Origin: the human T2T-CHM13v2.0 reference genome, Homo sapiens
NCBI RefSeq assembly: GCF_009914755.1
Contig: NC_060933.1
DNA length: 64,000 nt
Strand: one strand, 5' to 3'
Shown here: in pieces, positions 58,781-64,000 of the stretch
Numbering within the stretch: position 1 is the stretch's first letter
Layout of the letters: the number at the start of each line of letters is the position of its first letter
The notes under the pieces: model-generated
What the model was told of the DNA's origin: nothing
What the model saw: the letters and a program-made list of their open reading frames with translations, nothing else
The model's database searches: none
Position numbers and translations under genes: made by a program

Positions 58781-59016
58781 TGCATGTGTATGATGTCAGA
58801 GTTGTATTCTAGTAAGCTTAATCTTCATGCAATATATGAGATTGCTTGGTGGTCGAGTAGGTAGGAGAAGTCAGGATAGGGGAAAATTACAAAGCTTAGG
58901 AAAAAAAATTATGACATAAAAATGGCGAATAAATAGAAAACAAGTGGATAAGCAGAACCCCCCAGAGGCAGTGTTAGCCTGTTGCTGAGGTCCTACTATG
59001 TTCCAAGCACGCTACA

Positions 59017-59766
59017 TGTAGCAGTCTGGGTCCAATCAGAAGACAGAAACCGTATAGTAAGTTAGACAGGAAAGTTTAATATAACAATCTTTAACTATGA
59101 TAAAAGAGTAACTATGAGATATAAGAAAGCCCTATGTATTGACACCATAAAGCTGCAGGAGAGTACCTAGGGAAGTACAAACTTGGAAGAGGTTCAGACT
59201 TTGCTGGAAACGGTGTGGTTTAGTCTACAAGTTAGCAGAGAAGTTGATTGATTTGGCTGGGTTGGTCTGGAGTTGTTGGGTGGAAAATAGGCAATACTCC
59301 AGAATCCAGGTGGTGTTGCAGGTGACCAGAAATTGGTGGTATAGGTGTGCAGTGGAAACCTAGGCGTTAGTGGAGGCAAAAGGTCTTTATAGCATATGGG
59401 TCATGTGGGAGTATGTAGGTGCCAGCTGAGCCAGGAGGCCTTGAGATTATGTCCTCTGCCTGGGAGCTCTGCTTTCTATGTGTTATCAAAAGGCTGAGGC
59501 TGCCAGGTTGTGGAGGATTGTGTTTTGGGTGTATGGCTGAGCAGTGTTCCATAGGATGTCCTTACATCCACACCACTTAGCCCCTGCCCACATTGGAAAA
59601 TGCAGAAGAGGCTCTTCCTTCTGTTATGTCCCTCAAGCAGCCTCTGCGGGAGCTTAACATCATGTTCACTTTAAAGGGGAGATGCTTAAGGAACTCCAGT
59701 GCTTATCACAGTGTATATATTAAAGAGGGCATATGGAGTGGAGAGGAAATAAGTTGCTAATTGACA
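59017..59766 (-). mobile_element. Old ERVL LTR (LTR41/LTR52-like)
   Basis: tgtagcagtctgggtccaatcag...; right end resembles the reverse complement of the 38392 LTR start. Confidence 0.55.
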
Positions 59767-60976
59767 CCCTACCACACGATGATACAATGTTGAGCAAGAT
59801 AGGATTTTGTATTAGACTTTATGGTTGAGGAAAGTGAACCTATACTGAGAAAGCTTTTGAGTGACCGGTCATCCATATGAGTTCCTGCATTTTTTTTTTT
59901 TACCACTATGAGGAAAAGGAAAAGCAAATGAAAATAATATCACAGAGAAATTTCTTGGTAGGACATTTCTTAATTTTAGAAAGCCGGGATGTTCTTGAAG
60001 CCACGATTTTTTAAAAGATGTCTTTTTTTTCTCTTCTCCAGAAAACTTCCTTAATCATGGTAAAAAAAACAAAACAAAACAAAAACAAAAAAACACCAAA
60101 AATTTCTTACTCTGGGAGAAAAAATGGTTCTCCTCACATTAAAATTCCAAGTTGCTCAAAGGGCATGATCCTGATTAGATTTTAAAAGGGGTAGGACTGT
60201 TTTCTCCCTGGGTGAATTTTGTACTTCTCTCCACCTCCATATCATAAATATAGGACTGCATTTTAATCTTCAGGTCATATCCTATTTTAAAATGTGAAAG
60301 TAAAAATGGTACTTTAAAATTGTTAAGAAATATGCTTGTTTAGATTCGATGTATCTTTTGGGGTATGAAAAGGAGACTTTAAAACATTTCTGAGAAAGGT
60401 GGCAGTTCAAGGCTTATGAAGCCATCCATAGAAAGAACTAGCTTACAATCAGACTTGAAGTCTGAACAAAGGCTTTGCTATTTTTAGGATCCTTTACTCC
60501 ATTTAGTGGCAGGAATGGAAGCTGGGGGGAACACTATGGGTGGATCATGAGCTGCTCCACACAGAGATTAGCTCCCAGAAGGCTGCATTGACTGGAACAA
60601 TTTTGTTATAAATGTAAGGAGATGTTTGAGAGCATGCTAGAGAGCAATTGATTCCCATTTGGGCCTCATATCTTAAATCTTGAAAAATGAGTTCCTCTTG
60701 CTGGCATCTGTTATGAATGATTTACAAATGTTAGCCATGACATAATGTTGCCAATAAAGTAGGGCATCTTTTTAGGCTGTGGTTCACATTTCTGTGTCCT
60801 TAAGATACTGTTTCAACAAAGAGATGCAGGGTGTTATTTTATCCTGCCAAAAATATTGCAGCTGATGGAGACAGCTGTAGGCTTTTGCCCTTGCAAACTC
60901 CAGAACCCAAATTAGATTAAGTCTTGATGATATAATGTACATGCAACTAAAATTAATCTAGGAACAACCATGAGAC

Positions 60977-61038
60977 ATGGAGCAGGCAGATTCTGACCCT
61001 TCCAATTATGGAGCAGGCAGATTCTGACCCTTCCAATT
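60977..61038. repeat. Perfect 31-bp tandem duplication
   Basis: atggagcaggcagattctgacccttccaatt x2. Confidence 0.97.
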
Positions 61039-61910
61039 CAAGAAAACGTCAACATGGATAGAAGGCTTTTTATGTCTCATTTATGTTTACCTCCCAACAT
61101 TATGAGACTCCAAGAGTGCAGGACTCCATGATTGCACCAGCTCTCTTACTGCTGGCATTTTCATTCTTGAGTGCAGGTTTGCAAATCTTCATTTTCTCAT
61201 AAAGCTAAACTGTAGTTTTCTGAGACACTCTTCATAAACCGTTACTCAAATGTTCTTTCAGCCCTGGTCTTGTGCCTTTTGACCTACTGATATTCTTTCT
61301 TCTTTATTATAATGGCCATAGTGTCATTGCCTGCATTTCTCCCGGCCAGTCACATCCTCAAGCACCTCAGCAGATAACCTAGTATTCTGCATATACCCAA
61401 ACATCAGCAGAAGCTCTATTTTGGTGCTAGACTCAGGAGAATAAGTGGCAATAAATGGGATTTTTATCACTGGCCCATTATCAAGGCATAAACTCTCCTG
61501 GCCTATCATTTTAAACCTCAGGAAATAAAAGTCTCTCCTTTTCAAAAGAAAAAAATAGGTAGATAATAAAAAGTATAGATAAAAGAAAATTCCTAACCTC
61601 AAGCTTCTGAGATTTGACATCCTCTTCAACTGTTGCTTCAATAGCTGGTTACATTGTTAGAGCCATCTCTCCTTGAATATGAAATCCACTATTCAAGGAC
61701 ATGTTGTTCTGCCTCAAGCAAAGCACCAAGGACAGAGCAGTCACTGAACAAATTCAAAAATACATTTGGTGCTAGTATTCATTTATGTGTGTATATATAT
61801 ATTTTTATATATGTGTGTGTGTATATGTACATATATTCGTTATATTTATATATATAAATGAATACTAGCACCAAGTGCATATATATGTGTGTGTATATAT
61901 GTTTATATAT

Positions 61911-61913
<3 letters not shown>

Positions 61914-61956
<43 letters not shown>
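61914..61956. repeat. (TA)~21 perfect microsatellite
   Basis: Read directly. Confidence 0.97.
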
Positions 61957-61966
<10 letters not shown>

Positions 61967-62258
61967 TTTCTTAAGTTTTGCCTTAGATTATAAAATAGTG
62001 AGTTAACTAATAGCTTCCCAGGCAGGGTTGATGGCTCAGTCCTGACTAGCCATGTATTTTCAGTTCATGTACTGCCATGAAGTTCAAGATAGATATCAAA
62101 TAGGTCTTTACATCAGATTTTTGGAGAAAGACTTAGTTTCTGCCTAATGAGCCTTTCCTGCAGTTCCTAAAGGTGGGAAACTTTGGGGCCTGCTTAGAAG
62201 CTGAAAAGTATCGCTGATAATTGACAAATGTTAGTTTCTTTAGTAAATATTTGAACTA

Positions 62259-62328
62259 AATCCTTTATGGAAAACAATTTATTCTTTTCAACTTAATCCT
62301 TTATGGAAAACAATATTCTTTTCAACTT
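62259..62328. repeat. ~35-bp tandem duplication
   Basis: aatcctttatggaaaacaat(tt)attcttttcaactt x2. Confidence 0.9.
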
Positions 62329-62724
62329 ACAACTTATGTTCAGAAAACTTCTGCCTGTCCATCAACAGTTGAGTACAGATTTGTAAGTAGTGAATGCTTA
62401 GCGTTTTCCTGTCAGGTAAATCATAAGAGAAAAATGCCTTTTCTTACTGAAGAATCTACAGATTTATTAAATAACAAATTGATAATAAGGATGTATTTAC
62501 AAGTAATATCCAAATAATAGCCAGTTGCAATTTAGCACCTCCAGTTTCAGTGGGAAGTGATGTGTCAGCAGAATCTCCAAGTGCTTTTAGTGTTGACATG
62601 AAGTTTTTGTTTCTTTCTTCACACATTTATATTTATGTATATTTCAGTAATGACTTCCCCATATGTCTAGGAATATGCTCATATTTTTTCCCTCCTAAAA
62701 TGTATGTTAACAATTCATTTCTCT

Positions 62725-62862
62725 CTTCTTTTTTTTAAAAAAATTATTTTTTGTAGAGACAGGTCTCACTATGGCTGGTCTTGACTCCTGACCTCAAGGG
62801 ATCCTCCTCCTTCTGCCTCCCCACAGTGCTCAGTTAACAAGCATAAGTCACTGTGCTTGGCC
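62725..62862 (-). mobile_element. FLAM/AluJ left monomer
   Basis: tttgtagagacaggtctcactat...ctgtgcttggcc; TSD catttctct. Confidence 0.85.
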
Positions 62863-62984
62863 CATTTCTCTGTAATATTAGTCTATCTTACTTCTTCATG
62901 TCATAGGAAAACTTCCCTAAAGGGTGGGCTCTAATGCATTGTCTTCATTTTATCCCAGTTGTTTCATTAAACAAGTTTTCCTAG

Positions 62985-63535
62985 AAATATTTTGATGTTA
63001 TATTTGATGTATATACAAGAATATATGAGACATAGATGCAAATTATAAATCCATCATCTATGCAAGAAGTAGAACATTACCAATATGATTGCATTTTGAA
63101 GTGTCTCTCCCCTCTGACCCGCCTTTATTTTTCCCTGGAAGGTGACCATGATCCTGAATTCTGTTTGCCATTTTATGGCTTTTTTGTTATAAATATACAT
63201 GCCTACATTCATACATATATTATGTATACACACATATACATGTGATGTATTTTATTTTGTTTAATCCTTAGCTTTACACAAAGATTATATCATGTATCAC
63301 CTTCTGAGACTTGCTTATGTACCTGAGATTCACCCATGATGTTGCAGGTGGCTATAGTTACTTGATTTTACTGCTGAATATAACAAGTTATGTATCTGTT
63401 CTCCTGTCAGTGAACATTTGAGCATTTGAGTTGTTTGTGTGTTTTTCTCTATGATTAACACCACTACTACATACATTCTTATAGGTAGAAATTTTGTCTG
63501 TGGTACATACTTAGAAATGGAATTGCTGTGTTGCT
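62985..63535 (-). mobile_element. L1ME-like 3' fragment
   Basis: gagattcacccatgatgttg, atacttagaaatggaattgctg. Confidence 0.65.
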
Positions 63536-63849
63536 GTGTTTTTATTCACTCTTCAGCTTACTGCTATTCCTCTACTGAAACCATTCTCTAAAGTTGCTAG
63601 TGAGTTTCTAATTACTACATGTAATAAACTTCGTTTTATATCTCATATTATTGATATTATTGACCCCTTGCTCCTTCATTATATGCTCTCCTTTTTTGAA
63701 ATTGATACCATTTATTCTGGATTTTCCTCCTGGCACTCTTCTGTGTTTCATCCCAGATATCTTAGAAGGATTCTCATAATTTACCTGCTGTTTAGTGGTT
63801 GGCATGTATGCTGGTTATTTATAATTGTTTAACAAACTACTTCAGAAAC

Positions 63850-64000
63850 TGAACAGATACTTACATATATAGAGAGAATCACTGTTTGCTGGGCCAAAAA
63901 TTCAGGCAGTGCTTGGCTGGGCAATTTTTTTACTGGGATCACCTGCTGGTATTCAGCTGGTGTCTGGTTGGGTCTGGAGGATCCACGGATTTTTCACTCA
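63850..64000 (-). mobile_element. MLT1 MaLR LTR fragment (runs off the window)
   Basis: aattcaggcagtgcttggctgggcaatt...ggtattcagctgg...tgggtctggagg. Confidence 0.6.

Overview
Primate genomic DNA, almost certainly human given a CpG-intact AluYb-lineage insertion. The window is AT-rich and dominated by repeats, and I recognise no host protein-coding exon, RNA gene or CRISPR array. Nearly all predicted ORFs are repeat-derived or chance. The main elements are (1) a full-length but inactivated L1PA4-like LINE-1 (minus strand, 29.4-35.5 kb) with TSD and a truncated ORF0, and (2) a two-LTR MER66-type ERV1 provirus (43.85-51.09 kb) with an Arg PBS, decayed gag/pro, a pol lacking most of RT-RNaseH-IN, and a full-length decayed env related to ERVV-1/ERVV-2. 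It also holds many Alus, old L1M/L2/MIR fragments, MaLR/ERVL LTRs and DNA-transposon MITEs, often nested. The less obvious signals are DNA-repair and insertion scars: a 10-13 nt twin-priming inversion on an L1PA2, a direct-inverted-direct micro-triplication, several short inverted duplications, a 69-bp dispersed duplicate at a truncated MER2 end, and a few candidate non-coding exons. I see no convincing new biological system. Subfamily names come from recalled consensus sequences, and boundaries of old elements are approximate.
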